IMG/VR virus record: IMGVR_UViG_3300025687_007517
Coordinates: 1-64,000 of that record
From: a virus
DNA: 64,000 nt
Reading direction: 5' to 3' (one strand)
Positions 46,109 to 55,123 of this stretch are shown piece after piece (the stretch's first letter is position 1; every line of letters starts with the position of its first letter). The notes beneath the pieces are model-generated. The model ran no database searches, had not been told where the DNA came from, and saw only the letters and a program-made list of their open reading frames with translations. Both the position numbers and the translations under genes were made by a program.

Positions 46109-48099
46109 AATTTCTCCCGTGGAATGCCTTCATAAAGGCTACTAATGTCAGATACTATTGTAAGCGAAATTCCATTTTCTTTTAACCAATAAAACATCTC
46201 TTTTGTTGCTGCTCTAGTGGTTTCTATTTCCCAATCAAGAATGTCGCCGCGATTCACAAGACCTTGTGTATTACCGTAAAAGTGCTTGTAATTGTCTTCA
46301 TTAACTTTATTATAAGTCAAATCCCATCCCAATACAACTATTTTTTTAACACCAAGATGAACCGCAGTTTGTATTACAGTTTCATACATTATGCCTGGAC
46401 CACATGGTCTTTGGGCTTCCAGCGGGTAATCTTCAAACTTTTTTGTAACAGCTAAAAACTCATTGTCTATTTCTGTTCTTATTGGAATCTTGAAAAATAA
46501 GTCGTCATGCTGTAAAGCTGACCATCTCATACCCTTGTCGTAATTTGAACTTCCTACGACAATTGGGTTTGATTCTTTATAATCGTAATGCACACCCGCG
46601 TTAGGGCTTGGCAGGTTTGAACAATTAAAGAAGTGAAAGTCTACCACTTCTGGACAATACTCGTAGGCTTGCTTAACTGCGAAAACAAGCTTATTAGATA
46701 ATTTTTCTTTTAACTGTTCTCTGTTATAGTCCTTCAATGAGGGACCACAGTTTAAGATGTAGCAAGTGTCGCCCTTATAAGAGTTCTTTAAAAGCGATAC
46801 TTTTTGCTCCAGACTTTCCATGGAGGAAAGCTTAGATTTCAATCGATTAGTAGTGCTTTTTGGAGAAGAGATAAGCGGTGTAGCTTTCTCAAAACTAAAA
46901 GAGTCTGTAAGGATTCTTTTTATGTTGTCCTTGCCACAATGGTCACTTAGCTTTTTGGAGTTGTTTTTTGCAATTGCAGCTAACTCTTCTCTATTGTCAA
47001 ACGCATACCTCATTTTTTCCATCAAGGACAACACGTCAGGCTCATAATAGTTTGAACCACATTCATAGTTTGGAAGTTTATAGCACGGAGCCAAATGGCA
47101 ACCAAACATCAATGCGTTTGGCTCTAGGTAATCTGCATGACCACCCTTATCTGGAACAATTACCGGCTTGTTAAACGATGCAGCCTCGGCAATAGTTAGC
47201 CCAAATCCTTCGCCTCTTGTTGCTAGAACAAAACAATCACTAACATCATAGAGATAATTTATTTTTTCCCTTGACAAAACATCTACAAGGACATAAACAG
47301 GGCAGGCGGGTGGTGTGTTTTTTTCATCCGTAAAGACGCCTGCTTTAATTGCTTTTATTTGGTCCGCTATTTGCTTAAACGCTGTTGAACCCTCTTTGCT
47401 AGTATTGTCAACGTATGTTTTAATCACCAAAGCAACATCTGTCTGGCTCTTAAATTCTGAAAAGTATGCTCTCAACAATGGCTCAAAGCCCTTGCGGTGA
47501 CCCCATTGACTCATTGCAAAAAAAGTAAACTTCCCATCGAGTGAAGGGAGTTTTACAGCCTTCTTGGCTGTATTTTCAACTGGACTGATGTAGTGCGGCA
47601 AGAGTTGAGTTTCGATACCAGTTTTTTTGTAGGATTCACAATTCCAACGCGATGGAACAAAATTAATCTTTGTGTTGTGCTTCTCTAGCACCCCTTTCCA
47701 ATACGAAGGTATTTTGTCTGTTTCCCAAGTGGTAATACTGTGATTCTCGCTACAATTATCAATAAGAGTCTTAAAGAGGCGAAATGACTCCTTAAGTTGT
47801 GGAGGCAACCTATCTAAGTTTTCCATCCATGTCATCACCGGAGGAGGCAAATGCCAAAGAACAGAATAATCACTTTCTTGAATTTTGTCTACTATAGCCT
47901 TTGTTTTAATCTCGTGCTTTTCAATTAAGTCTAGCACAGAGTCAGGTGCAGAATTTTTTTGTTCAAAATTTATTGACAGGGTAAAAAGATTGTATCCGCT
48001 TTCCCTCTCTAATTCGGCTAGAATTTCCAAATAACCTCGTGCAGCGGAGGCATAACCCGAAGCATCTCGAAATTGCCCAACAAATACTAAATTTTTCAT
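46105..48099 (-). CDS. GT4 glycosyltransferase fused to C-terminal Maf/GT42-like domain
   Basis: SGYASAAR, RKG and TRGEGFGLTIAEA (GT4), followed by CYILNCGPSL and IVVLGWDL (Maf-like). Confidence 0.75.
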   Translation of the reverse strand: MKNLVFVGQFRDASGYASAARGYLEILAELERESGYNLFTLSINFEQKNSAPDSVLDLIEKHEIKTKAIVDKIQESDYSVLWHLPPPVMTWMENLDRLPPQLKESFRLFKTLIDNCSENHSITTWETDKIPSYWKGVLEKHNTKINFVPSRWNCESYKKTGIETQLLPHYISPVENTAKKAVKLPSLDGKFTFFAMSQWGHRKGFEPLLRAYFSEFKSQTDVALVIKTYVDNTSKEGSTAFKQIADQIKAIKAGVFTDEKNTPPACPVYVLVDVLSREKINYLYDVSDCFVLATRGEGFGLTIAEAASFNKPVIVPDKGGHADYLEPNALMFGCHLAPCYKLPNYECGSNYYEPDVLSLMEKMRYAFDNREELAAIAKNNSKKLSDHCGKDNIKRILTDSFSFEKATPLISSPKSTTNRLKSKLSSMESLEQKVSLLKNSYKGDTCYILNCGPSLKDYNREQLKEKLSNKLVFAVKQAYEYCPEVVDFHFFNCSNLPSPNAGVHYDYKESNPIVVGSSNYDKGMRWSALQHDDLFFKIPIRTEIDNEFLAVTKKFEDYPLEAQRPCGPGIMYETVIQTAVHLGVKKIVVLGWDLTYNKVNEDNYKHFYGNTQGLVNRGDILDWEIETTRAATKEMFYWLKENGISLTIVSDISSLYEGIPREKL

Positions 48100-49337
48100 A
48101 GTACCATTACTTGTTCTTCTGGTTCTTCAATTCCCAGACTTTCAACAAACTGACTGTTTAGCTTGCTTTCTTCAAAGGTTTCTAAAACCCACTTTTGTAA
48201 AGATTTAGAAAGCCCCTGATAAACATGATGTTCGTTTTTCATTTTACGAAGCGCCATCTTATACGAGCCCTCTCTAGCAAACGCCCATTGTGAGTTTGGT
48301 TGAATAACCCCTTCCCAATGTGCTTCTCGTTGTACAGGAAGAACATCAAAGTCTACTTTTAAGAATTTTCCTTTGTTTTTCTCTTTGCCTTTCTTATCTT
48401 TCTCGGGCATGAACAAGAAGTCACACTGCCCCGACCAACCAATAGTGATAATTGGCAATCCAGCAATAGCAGCATCAAAGAGCGGAAGACCATATCCCTC
48501 GCCGTGAGCAATGTTAATAAAGGCTTTAATATTTTCGTGTCTGTAAAGCCCCTGCATCTCCGCTTCGCTCATATAACCGTGAAGGAGTGTCACAGAACAT
48601 TTGCGGTCCTTGTAGGTGGCAAGGAGCGCCTGCAAACGCTTGTGTGTAAAGTCTCGGTCAATGGTGCAATTCTTGTAGGAGTTCGTCTTTACAACAAGAC
48701 CAACTTCTCGGTCGATGTTCTCTTCGACAAACCAGCGAATAGCATTCTCAAAGTTCTTTCTTGGACCCCACTGACTGACTAAAAGATAGTTAAAGTCGTG
48801 CGGGAGGTCGAGTTCTACCTCTGTGGGGTTTTGTGGGCGAACAGGGTAGTTTACGACCTCTACCGGCTTCTCTAGCTTATAAGGGAATTTATTACCGTGT
48901 TGGTCCTGTGCTTCCACCACAGTATTGACAAAAACGTCCTTAGAGTGGTTGCTAACAACGATTATCTTGTCCATAACCTCGTTACATTTTTGTAACCACT
49001 GTGGGGCGACCTTTGTTGTCTCAATACCGGCTGTGTAGCCAATATTAACAGGTGCCATTTTCTCAAACTCGTTGGGGATGGTAACCTGAAGGGAAATATC
49101 AAAAGCAACTCTGCCTTGGTTGGCTTGTAGTAATTGTGCTGTTTTTTGAATTGTTTTAATTAGCCACTCTCTTTCTTCATCATCTTCAATAATGTGGTTT
49201 GACTTTCCCCATTCCAAATTCATAAGATAAATGTCAAAAAGGTCTGGACGTGAACGCAGAGCCCTAAGAGCAAAACGTGTTTGCTCGCCATATCCAGTTT
49301 GTGATAGGGCTGGACCCTTTACAATAATCTTCTTCAT
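48096..49337 (-). CDS. GT4 glycosyltransferase
   Basis: TGYGEQTR, RKN and HGEGYGLPLFDAAIAGLPII. Confidence 0.85.
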   Translation of the reverse strand: MKKIIVKGPALSQTGYGEQTRFALRALRSRPDLFDIYLMNLEWGKSNHIIEDDEEREWLIKTIQKTAQLLQANQGRVAFDISLQVTIPNEFEKMAPVNIGYTAGIETTKVAPQWLQKCNEVMDKIIVVSNHSKDVFVNTVVEAQDQHGNKFPYKLEKPVEVVNYPVRPQNPTEVELDLPHDFNYLLVSQWGPRKNFENAIRWFVEENIDREVGLVVKTNSYKNCTIDRDFTHKRLQALLATYKDRKCSVTLLHGYMSEAEMQGLYRHENIKAFINIAHGEGYGLPLFDAAIAGLPIITIGWSGQCDFLFMPEKDKKGKEKNKGKFLKVDFDVLPVQREAHWEGVIQPNSQWAFAREGSYKMALRKMKNEHHVYQGLSKSLQKWVLETFEESKLNSQFVESLGIEEPEEQVMVL

Positions 49338-50596
49338 ACTGATAGTTGCTCCCATGCCCTGTATCCCTTGCGGGTATCCCAAGAGCCATTTTCTTCAAGA
49401 ACCTCGTCCATAAACTCTACCCAGCCTTTTTCAAGCTGCTCAAACGAGTAGTTCTTCTCGACGTGCTTTCTACCTTGTTCTCCGAGCTTACGACGTGCTG
49501 CATGACTCTTTGACCACATCTCATAAAGAGCTTGAACAAAATCGTCCTCGTTGATTCTATCCTCGCGGATAAAAGGAATTTCTTGTGAGCCAATAATGGC
49601 TTTTGATGCGGGTTCGATCCCAACACCAAATTCTTTTTTGCCGTCTGTTATTTGTTCTTGCAGACCACCTGTTTTATTCACAATAATAGGCGTGCCACAA
49701 GCTAATGATTCTAGTGTGGCGAGACCAAAGCCCTCGGCGTCTGAAATGTTTACTGTTACGTCGCAAGCATTATAAAGTCTTGCAAGGGCTGCGGCTGGCA
49801 TTTTTTGTCTGCTAAACTTTACCTGACCGTCTGTTAAGCCTAGCTCATTAATAATCGCATCCAAGTTCTGACCGTGGGGGTCTTTAGTGTCAGTGTGCAT
49901 GATAAGCACAGCCTGATCATCCCCAACACGGTCCAAGAATTTTTTAAACCAAAAAATAAGTGAGCCGGATTGTTTACGTCTCGCGTTTCTGTTATTCCAA
50001 AAAATTGTAAACTTATCAGCAGCATCGCCAAAGTTTTCTTGTCTAAATTTCTGCCTTTCTTCTTCTGGGAAGAGTGAAAAGTCGGGTGGCACAGCGTGAG
50101 GAATGTACTTGCGCTTTACCTCTGGTGCTACCGTAGCAACAATATCATCAGTAACTTTGCTGATGGTTGCGATAGCATCGTTAGAAAGGTAGAACTTTCT
50201 ATTGAACTTTGGGTAAGGGTAGTTGTCCCAAACGTGGTAGTATACCAAAGGACAGTGTGAACGAATCTCTTCTTCGATTTCCCACAACCAGCCCCAGAAA
50301 CGTGGATCGGTCATAATCCAAACTGCGTCTGGTCTTTCTACCCAAAGTGCTTCACGAATTATGTGAACGTCTCCATATCCTTTAATTGGGTAAATGATTA
50401 AATCATCTCCCCATTCTCGGGTCTTTTGCGGCTGGTAGTTCTCATGTTGAATAGCCCCACCGAAGCACAGGAACTTATATCGTCCGGTCTTTAGTAGGGC
50501 TTCAACGAAGTATTTGGTTTGTGTGCCGACACCCGAAGGTGACATTGGGTGGTCAGATAAGACCAATATTTTTTTCTTTTGTATGTCCTCTGGCAT
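49334..50596 (-). CDS. GT4 glycosyltransferase
   Basis: SGVG, IPHAV, NRNARRKQ and EGFGLATLESLACGTPII. Confidence 0.9.
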   Translation of the reverse strand: MPEDIQKKKILVLSDHPMSPSGVGTQTKYFVEALLKTGRYKFLCFGGAIQHENYQPQKTREWGDDLIIYPIKGYGDVHIIREALWVERPDAVWIMTDPRFWGWLWEIEEEIRSHCPLVYYHVWDNYPYPKFNRKFYLSNDAIATISKVTDDIVATVAPEVKRKYIPHAVPPDFSLFPEEERQKFRQENFGDAADKFTIFWNNRNARRKQSGSLIFWFKKFLDRVGDDQAVLIMHTDTKDPHGQNLDAIINELGLTDGQVKFSRQKMPAAALARLYNACDVTVNISDAEGFGLATLESLACGTPIIVNKTGGLQEQITDGKKEFGVGIEPASKAIIGSQEIPFIREDRINEDDFVQALYEMWSKSHAARRKLGEQGRKHVEKNYSFEQLEKGWVEFMDEVLEENGSWDTRKGYRAWEQLSV

Positions 50597-50603
50597 GTTT
50601 ATC

Positions 50604-51386
50604 CTATGTACAATGTGGAGTATTGAAGAACTCGCACTTTTGACAAGATAAACGGTTCTTCATGTGGTTTTGTGTATTCACATTGTACAAGGCTTTTTTC
50701 AATAAGTTAAGTGCATTTGTGGTTTTTCTTGGACCGGAAGTCACACGGAAAATCTCCACCTTTTGCCCAACCTTTGCTGTGCGTTTCAGCAGGGCAAAGT
50801 GTGTCTCAATCTGGTCAAGTGGAATGCCCATTTTCTGCGACCAGTAGTGCTTGTACAATGTAAGTTGGTAAGTCACCATACGATCAGAACGCTTCTTTGC
50901 ATCCCAACCCCAAGAACAAGACTTGTAGTCAATAATGTGATACTTGCCGTCCTTGGTTTTGATGATAAGGTCGATGTACCCCTTGAACTTATAAGCGGCG
51001 TCAGTGAACTCACCAATGCCTTCCATAAGGGTATCTTCTGCTTTTACAAACTCAAAGTCGGTTCCAAAGTATTTGTCAAAGCCTGCGTCGAGTTCTTCGA
51101 TGATACCAAGACCTTGGTTGTAAAAGTCTGTGATTTGTTTCTCGGTAAATGACTCACCGTTCTTTTCTAGAGTCTTTAGTTCCTTGCGGAACACCTCTCC
51201 AAAGAAAAACTTTTTATCTAGTTCTCGACCAGACTCAAAATACTTTTCACATACGGAGTGAATAGCGGAGCCAAAGCCGGTAAAGATGTTGCCTTTGAAC
51301 TTCTTGACTTTATCCTCGTAGATAAGCTTACGAGCGTAAGGACAGAAGTCCCACTTGGCGAGTTCAGAATACGAAATGTGAGCCAT
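50604..51386 (-). CDS. PD-(D/E)XK exonuclease (Cas4/AddB-like)
   Basis: ISYS...CP, GSAIH, KGYIDLI, IIDYKS, QLTLY and C-terminal CQKCEF...C. Confidence 0.85.
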   Translation of the reverse strand: MAHISYSELAKWDFCPYARKLIYEDKVKKFKGNIFTGFGSAIHSVCEKYFESGRELDKKFFFGEVFRKELKTLEKNGESFTEKQITDFYNQGLGIIEELDAGFDKYFGTDFEFVKAEDTLMEGIGEFTDAAYKFKGYIDLIIKTKDGKYHIIDYKSCSWGWDAKKRSDRMVTYQLTLYKHYWSQKMGIPLDQIETHFALLKRTAKVGQKVEIFRVTSGPRKTTNALNLLKKALYNVNTQNHMKNRLSCQKCEFFNTPHCT

Positions 51387-51410
51387 GAATACCTCTTCTG
51401 TTGTGCTAAC

Positions 51411-51439
51411 AATATAACACCACAGGAGTGTGTTGTCAA
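51411..51439 (-). promoter_or_regulatory. Sigma70-type promoter
   Basis: TTGACA-17 nt-TATATT on the minus strand, followed by a GAGG RBS of the nuclease gene. Confidence 0.75.
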
Positions 51440-51690
51440 GGGTTTTTATCTAAATCTTTGAATGCTTGTGCGTAGCCTCTAATAAAATTTTCTTCTGCTA
51501 CGACTGAAAGGAACTCTGGGAACTCATCTGCGAAGATTTTTACTATGTCTTCGACTGTGACTTCGGGTTCATTTGGGTGGAGTGTTTCACCAATGTAATC
51601 AACAATGAGTTCTTTTAGTTTTGTCTCTCTCTTGACAAAAACGTGTTTTAGGTCGTTTTCTACAACCTGCTCTTCTGTTATTGTTTCCAT
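51436..51690 (-). CDS. Hypothetical protein
   Basis: 84 aa acidic ORF coupled to phoH. Confidence 0.65.
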   Translation of the reverse strand: METITEEQVVENDLKHVFVKRETKLKELIVDYIGETLHPNEPEVTVEDIVKIFADEFPEFLSVVAEENFIRGYAQAFKDLDKNP

Positions 51691-53012
51691 TATAATACCT
51701 TTGAGGCAAGGGTTGCTACTTTGGAGCGTTCGCCCTTTTGCAGCGAGATGTGTCCTGCTAACTCATAAGGCTTGAACTTTTCAAGTGCATAAGTTAGACC
51801 GGATGAGCGTGCATCGATGTAAACGTTATCGATTTGCTCAACGTCGCCTGTGAGAACTATTTTTGTTCCCTCGCCAACTCTGGTTATTATAGTCTTTAAC
51901 TCATGTATTGTTAAGTTCTGGGCTTCATCGATAATAATGAAGGCATTTGCGATAGAACGACCACGAATGTAGGTCAGCGCTTCTATCTCGATAAGACCGC
52001 GCTCAGAGTACATTTCTAGTGCTACACGGTCATCCCCCATTAGGAACTTCAAGTTATCTTGGATAGGAGCAAGCCATGGAGCCATTTTTTCTTCCAAGGT
52101 TCCCGGTAGGAAGCCAATATCCCTTCCCATAGGCATAACAGGTCGGGAAACAACTAATTTTTTATAAATAGGTTCGTATTGACCCTCATCAAGAGTCTGT
52201 TCCATACCTGCTGCGATGGCTAGTAGAGTCTTGCCGCACCCTGCTGCGCCTATGAGGGAGACAACTGGAACGTTTGGGTCCATAAGTAGGTTTAGGGCAA
52301 AAGCCTGTTCCTTGTTCCTTGGTTTTACGTCCCAGATTCCGTGTTTGTACTCGTCTACCTTTATGAGTGGTTTGTTGTAGTTTATAAAGCGAGATAAGGC
52401 TGTCTTCTTATCGTTAGAAGAGGAAACAAGCATTACAAACTCATTTGGAAGAAGATTTTTTTCTTCTTTGTCGATGAAAAGCTTCTCGCCGCTATAAAAG
52501 TGGTCGATTGTTTGATCATCAACCAAGTGTTTGGTAAAGCCTGTGTAAATGTGCTCTTCACGCTTTACAACTTGGTTTTCGTTGTAGTCCTCGCACTCAA
52601 TACCCAACGCATCACAACGTACACGCAGGTTAATGTCGAGAGAAACAATAACAACTTTTTTATTTGGGTTCTCGTTCTTCTCGTTTAGAGCGGCTGCAAT
52701 AATAATGTTGTCAGGGTCTCGCTTATCCATTTCTGGTGGAAGAGCGGACACATCTGAATAAACAGCCCTAATGATGCCGAGCCCCTTGTCGATACGAATA
52801 CCTTTGTGAAGGTTTCCTTTCGCACGGAGTTCGTCAAGAAGACGAATAGTATGACGAGCGTTCGCACCTACGCCGTCTTGTCGTTTTTTATGTTTATCGA
52901 TTTCTTCAAGGACTTTAAGAGGTAAAATAACGTCATTTCTACCAAACTTTTTGAAGCAGTGCGAGTCGGTTAAATAAACATTTGTGTCGAGCACATAAGT
53001 TCGCTTTGCCAT
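51690..53012 (-). CDS. phoH: PIN-PhoH ATPase (PhoH2-like)
   Basis: PIN domain YVLDTNV..DPDNII; Walker A GAAGCGKT, GFLPG, YIRGRS and IIDEAQN. Confidence 0.92.
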   Translation of the reverse strand: MAKRTYVLDTNVYLTDSHCFKKFGRNDVILPLKVLEEIDKHKKRQDGVGANARHTIRLLDELRAKGNLHKGIRIDKGLGIIRAVYSDVSALPPEMDKRDPDNIIIAAALNEKNENPNKKVVIVSLDINLRVRCDALGIECEDYNENQVVKREEHIYTGFTKHLVDDQTIDHFYSGEKLFIDKEEKNLLPNEFVMLVSSSNDKKTALSRFINYNKPLIKVDEYKHGIWDVKPRNKEQAFALNLLMDPNVPVVSLIGAAGCGKTLLAIAAGMEQTLDEGQYEPIYKKLVVSRPVMPMGRDIGFLPGTLEEKMAPWLAPIQDNLKFLMGDDRVALEMYSERGLIEIEALTYIRGRSIANAFIIIDEAQNLTIHELKTIITRVGEGTKIVLTGDVEQIDNVYIDARSSGLTYALEKFKPYELAGHISLQKGERSKVATLASKVL

Positions 53013-53017
53013 TACTT

Positions 53018-53024
53018 TAAATAG
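53018..53024 (-). promoter_or_regulatory. Candidate phage late promoter CTATTTA
   Basis: The identical heptamer lies 5-6 nt before ATG here and at 14039-14045 and 9687-9693. Confidence 0.5.
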
Positions 53025-53030
53025 TTTCCC

Positions 53031-53059
53031 AAAAAAAAGAAGGGAGGCTTTCGCCTCCC
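53031..53059 (-). terminator. Rho-independent terminator
   Basis: GGGAGGC-GAAA-GCCTCCC hairpin followed by TTCTTTTTTTT on the minus strand. Confidence 0.9.
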
Positions 53060-53089
53060 CCCAAATGCTTATTCAGTTTTTTATTTTAT

Positions 53090-53383
53090 TTACTCGTCGC
53101 TATCTGTTGCAGCGTCGGGTGTGGCAACAGCGTCAGCCACATTTGGGAAACCGTCTCCCAGAATGTCTGCTACTGTTGTTGCGTCGGCTGGAGTGGATGC
53201 AGCATCAGCGACAGTCGCGGTGTCCTCAGCGGTTGTTGCGTCTTCAACCGGGGTCGCGTCTGGTGATGCTGCATCGCTCTGCACTGCAACTGAGGTATCG
53301 CAAGGTGCGGTGTCCTCCTTCTTGGTGTCGCAGGCAGCAAACACAACAGCCATAAAACTCAAAACAATAATAAAATCTTTCAT
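53090..53383 (-). CDS. Small lipoprotein with D/A/T-rich low-complexity body
   Basis: Signal peptide MKDFIIVLSFMAVVFAA-C (lipobox) and repeated DAT/ADA units. Confidence 0.7.
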   Translation of the reverse strand: MKDFIIVLSFMAVVFAACDTKKEDTAPCDTSVAVQSDAASPDATPVEDATTAEDTATVADAASTPADATTVADILGDGFPNVADAVATPDAATDSDE

Positions 53384-53392
53384 ATCCCTCTC

Positions 53393-53602
53393 CTAAGTTA
53401 CGTTAGTGTCTTGTGCTTCTGGAGCAACGGTTCTTCCGGTGGCATAAGACCAATAACGGGTTTGTTTTTGATTCTTTCTATCTTTTGTAACAACATACCA
53501 AACAAGTGGGTTGCCTGGAACTGGTTGTCCTTTTAGACCTGTCTTTGGACAGTGTGTGACGTTTTTACTAATGCGGTTATAGAACTCAACATAGTTTGTC
53601 AT
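53393..53602 (-). CDS. Hypothetical protein
   Basis: 69 aa ORF within a tightly packed gene run. Confidence 0.6.
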   Translation of the reverse strand: MTNYVEFYNRISKNVTHCPKTGLKGQPVPGNPLVWYVVTKDRKNQKQTRYWSYATGRTVAPEAQDTNVT

Positions 53603-53605
53603 TTT

Positions 53606-53770
53606 TCACCCTTTAAGTAGTTTCTTGTCTTCGTTAAGGTCAGTCTTTTTTTCTTGTAGCTCTTCCTCATGCAGAAGGCGTTTTAGGTCGGGGTATTTGT
53701 CTAGAACCTCGACGGTTGTGATGCCTTCTTTCTCAGAAATGTTTTTTATTACTTCTTGCACTTTTGACAT
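53606..53770 (-). CDS. Hypothetical protein (54 aa, below track cutoff)
   Basis: MSKVQEVIKNISEKEGITT...KKLLKG; TAATG overlap with the upstream gene and fills the gap exactly. Confidence 0.6.
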   Translation of the reverse strand: MSKVQEVIKNISEKEGITTVEVLDKYPDLKRLLHEEELQEKKTDLNEDKKLLKG

Positions 53771-53940
53771 TACCAGCAGTCCTCATTGTCGTAGTCGTCC
53801 TCGTCGTCCTCATAGCTGTCGAAGAGGTTTGCGTCATCGTCTCGTCCAACGCCATAGTCGTTGTCATAAAACGAGTCACGGGTTGAGTAATCAAAGCTAA
53901 CACCAGCGGGAAGCAAAACGCTAAACTCCATGTCATCCAT
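53770..53940 (-). CDS. Small highly acidic protein
   Basis: MDDMEFSV...DSYEDDEDDYDNEDCW. Confidence 0.5.
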   Translation of the reverse strand: MDDMEFSVLLPAGVSFDYSTRDSFYDNDYGVGRDDDANLFDSYEDDEDDYDNEDCW

Positions 53941-54469
53941 CTTTGAACTCCTTTTCACGGTTGATTTTCTTCAACTCTTTTAGCGACCACTTTGAGTAGT
54001 AGTCTGTTTTACGAAGGGTATTATACCCACTTTGGAAGTCTTTGTCAAGACCTACATTCAACATTGGGTAAGGCGAACAACGAGTTTTTACACCACCGAT
54101 ACTGTAAGGGTGGTCAGGGTGAAAAACTATTGCCGACAAACCCAACTCCTTTACGAAGCGCTTAAAGTGTCTCCCAAACGCTTCAGTCTCTTTATACCCT
54201 ATTTTGGAGAAAGGGTCAAGTATTAAAAGCGACTTTTTTTCACTTTTTTCTAAAAAAGTTATTAAAACTTGTAAAAGTTTTTCATCTGGCTGGTCAATAA
54301 TGATGCGTTGAGCGTGCCACATAATACTGTCGTTAAGTCTTTCTTTTCTCGCAAAGGGACAAGGCGCAAACCCCGCAAAAGCGGGGTCTGGCTTCTCAAC
54401 AACTTGTTGGAGATAAACTTTTGTTGCCTCAATGGCTTCGTTTATCTTTCTAGAGTAAAGGTGATTCAC
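53933..54469 (-). CDS. DUF1415-like protein
   Basis: PCPFARKE, VFHPD and RCSPYPML motifs. Confidence 0.6.
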   Translation of the reverse strand: MNHLYSRKINEAIEATKVYLQQVVEKPDPAFAGFAPCPFARKERLNDSIMWHAQRIIIDQPDEKLLQVLITFLEKSEKKSLLILDPFSKIGYKETEAFGRHFKRFVKELGLSAIVFHPDHPYSIGGVKTRCSPYPMLNVGLDKDFQSGYNTLRKTDYYSKWSLKELKKINREKEFKDG

Positions 54470-54621
54470 TTCTTTGTTTCTTCTACAAGTCGCTTCATGT
54501 CCTTTGCCACTGCTGACTTAAACTGTTTAACGTCAGCTTGTGTGGAGCGTAGTTCGTCTACAAGGTCGGTAATTCTTGCTTGTAGTTTGTCAATTTGCTT
54601 TTGTTGTTCTTTCAGTGTCAT
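54466..54621 (-). CDS. Small coiled-coil protein (51 aa)
   Basis: MTLKEQQKQIDKLQARITDLVDELRST...; GGAG RBS and GTGA overlap downstream. Confidence 0.6.
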   Translation of the reverse strand: MTLKEQQKQIDKLQARITDLVDELRSTQADVKQFKSAVAKDMKRLVEETKK

Positions 54622-54630
54622 TTTTTTCTC

Positions 54631-55122
54631 CTAGCATTCAATCTCAAGACGACCCAAGTCAGTGTAGACCTCTGCGGTCCAACCAAAAAGCTGGTTATCT
54701 CCAGCCTCAAGGACAGTCTTTACATTTGTGTTAACAGTGCAGGTCACAGTAGCCATGGCACGTTTGTGGTCCATTTGGTCCATTTCTACTTCAATCCAGC
54801 CCTCGTTGTAAGCTAGACCGTCTTGCTGAAATACTCCCGCAAGGTGGTCGGCAAAATCACCAGAGCCACGGTAGTAACCACCCATTAGTGACTCATCGCG
54901 AAGCGAGTCAATAACGTCGCAAGCTCCGCGTGAGGTAAATGGCTGAACTGCCACTGTTTCAGCTAGGGTGTGATAAGAGCCTAGCTCCTTGAGAGCCATA
55001 TCTGTGCCCTCACCTGTGTGTGTGAAAACAGAAGTCTTTTCCTTATGAGTTAGTGTGACTCGCTTGTCAAAGTCGTTACCAACTGCTTGCGCCAACTTAT
55101 CCTTCCAAGAAACAATTTCCAT
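54631..55122 (-). CDS. Hypothetical protein
   Basis: Start MEIVSW after a GGAG RBS. Confidence 0.6.
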   Translation of the reverse strand: MEIVSWKDKLAQAVGNDFDKRVTLTHKEKTSVFTHTGEGTDMALKELGSYHTLAETVAVQPFTSRGACDVIDSLRDESLMGGYYRGSGDFADHLAGVFQQDGLAYNEGWIEVEMDQMDHKRAMATVTCTVNTNVKTVLEAGDNQLFGWTAEVYTDLGRLEIEC

Positions 55123-55123
55123 T

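Noticed and set aside
35315-50596. Bacterial O-antigen/capsule locus (host contamination or prophage flank)
   Set aside because: It is seamlessly coupled to phage genes on both sides and lacks flippase, polymerase and export genes.
50604-51386. Cas4-like nuclease as evidence of a CRISPR system
   Set aside because: No cas1/cas2 or repeat-spacer array is seen; solo Cas4-like exonucleases are common in phages.
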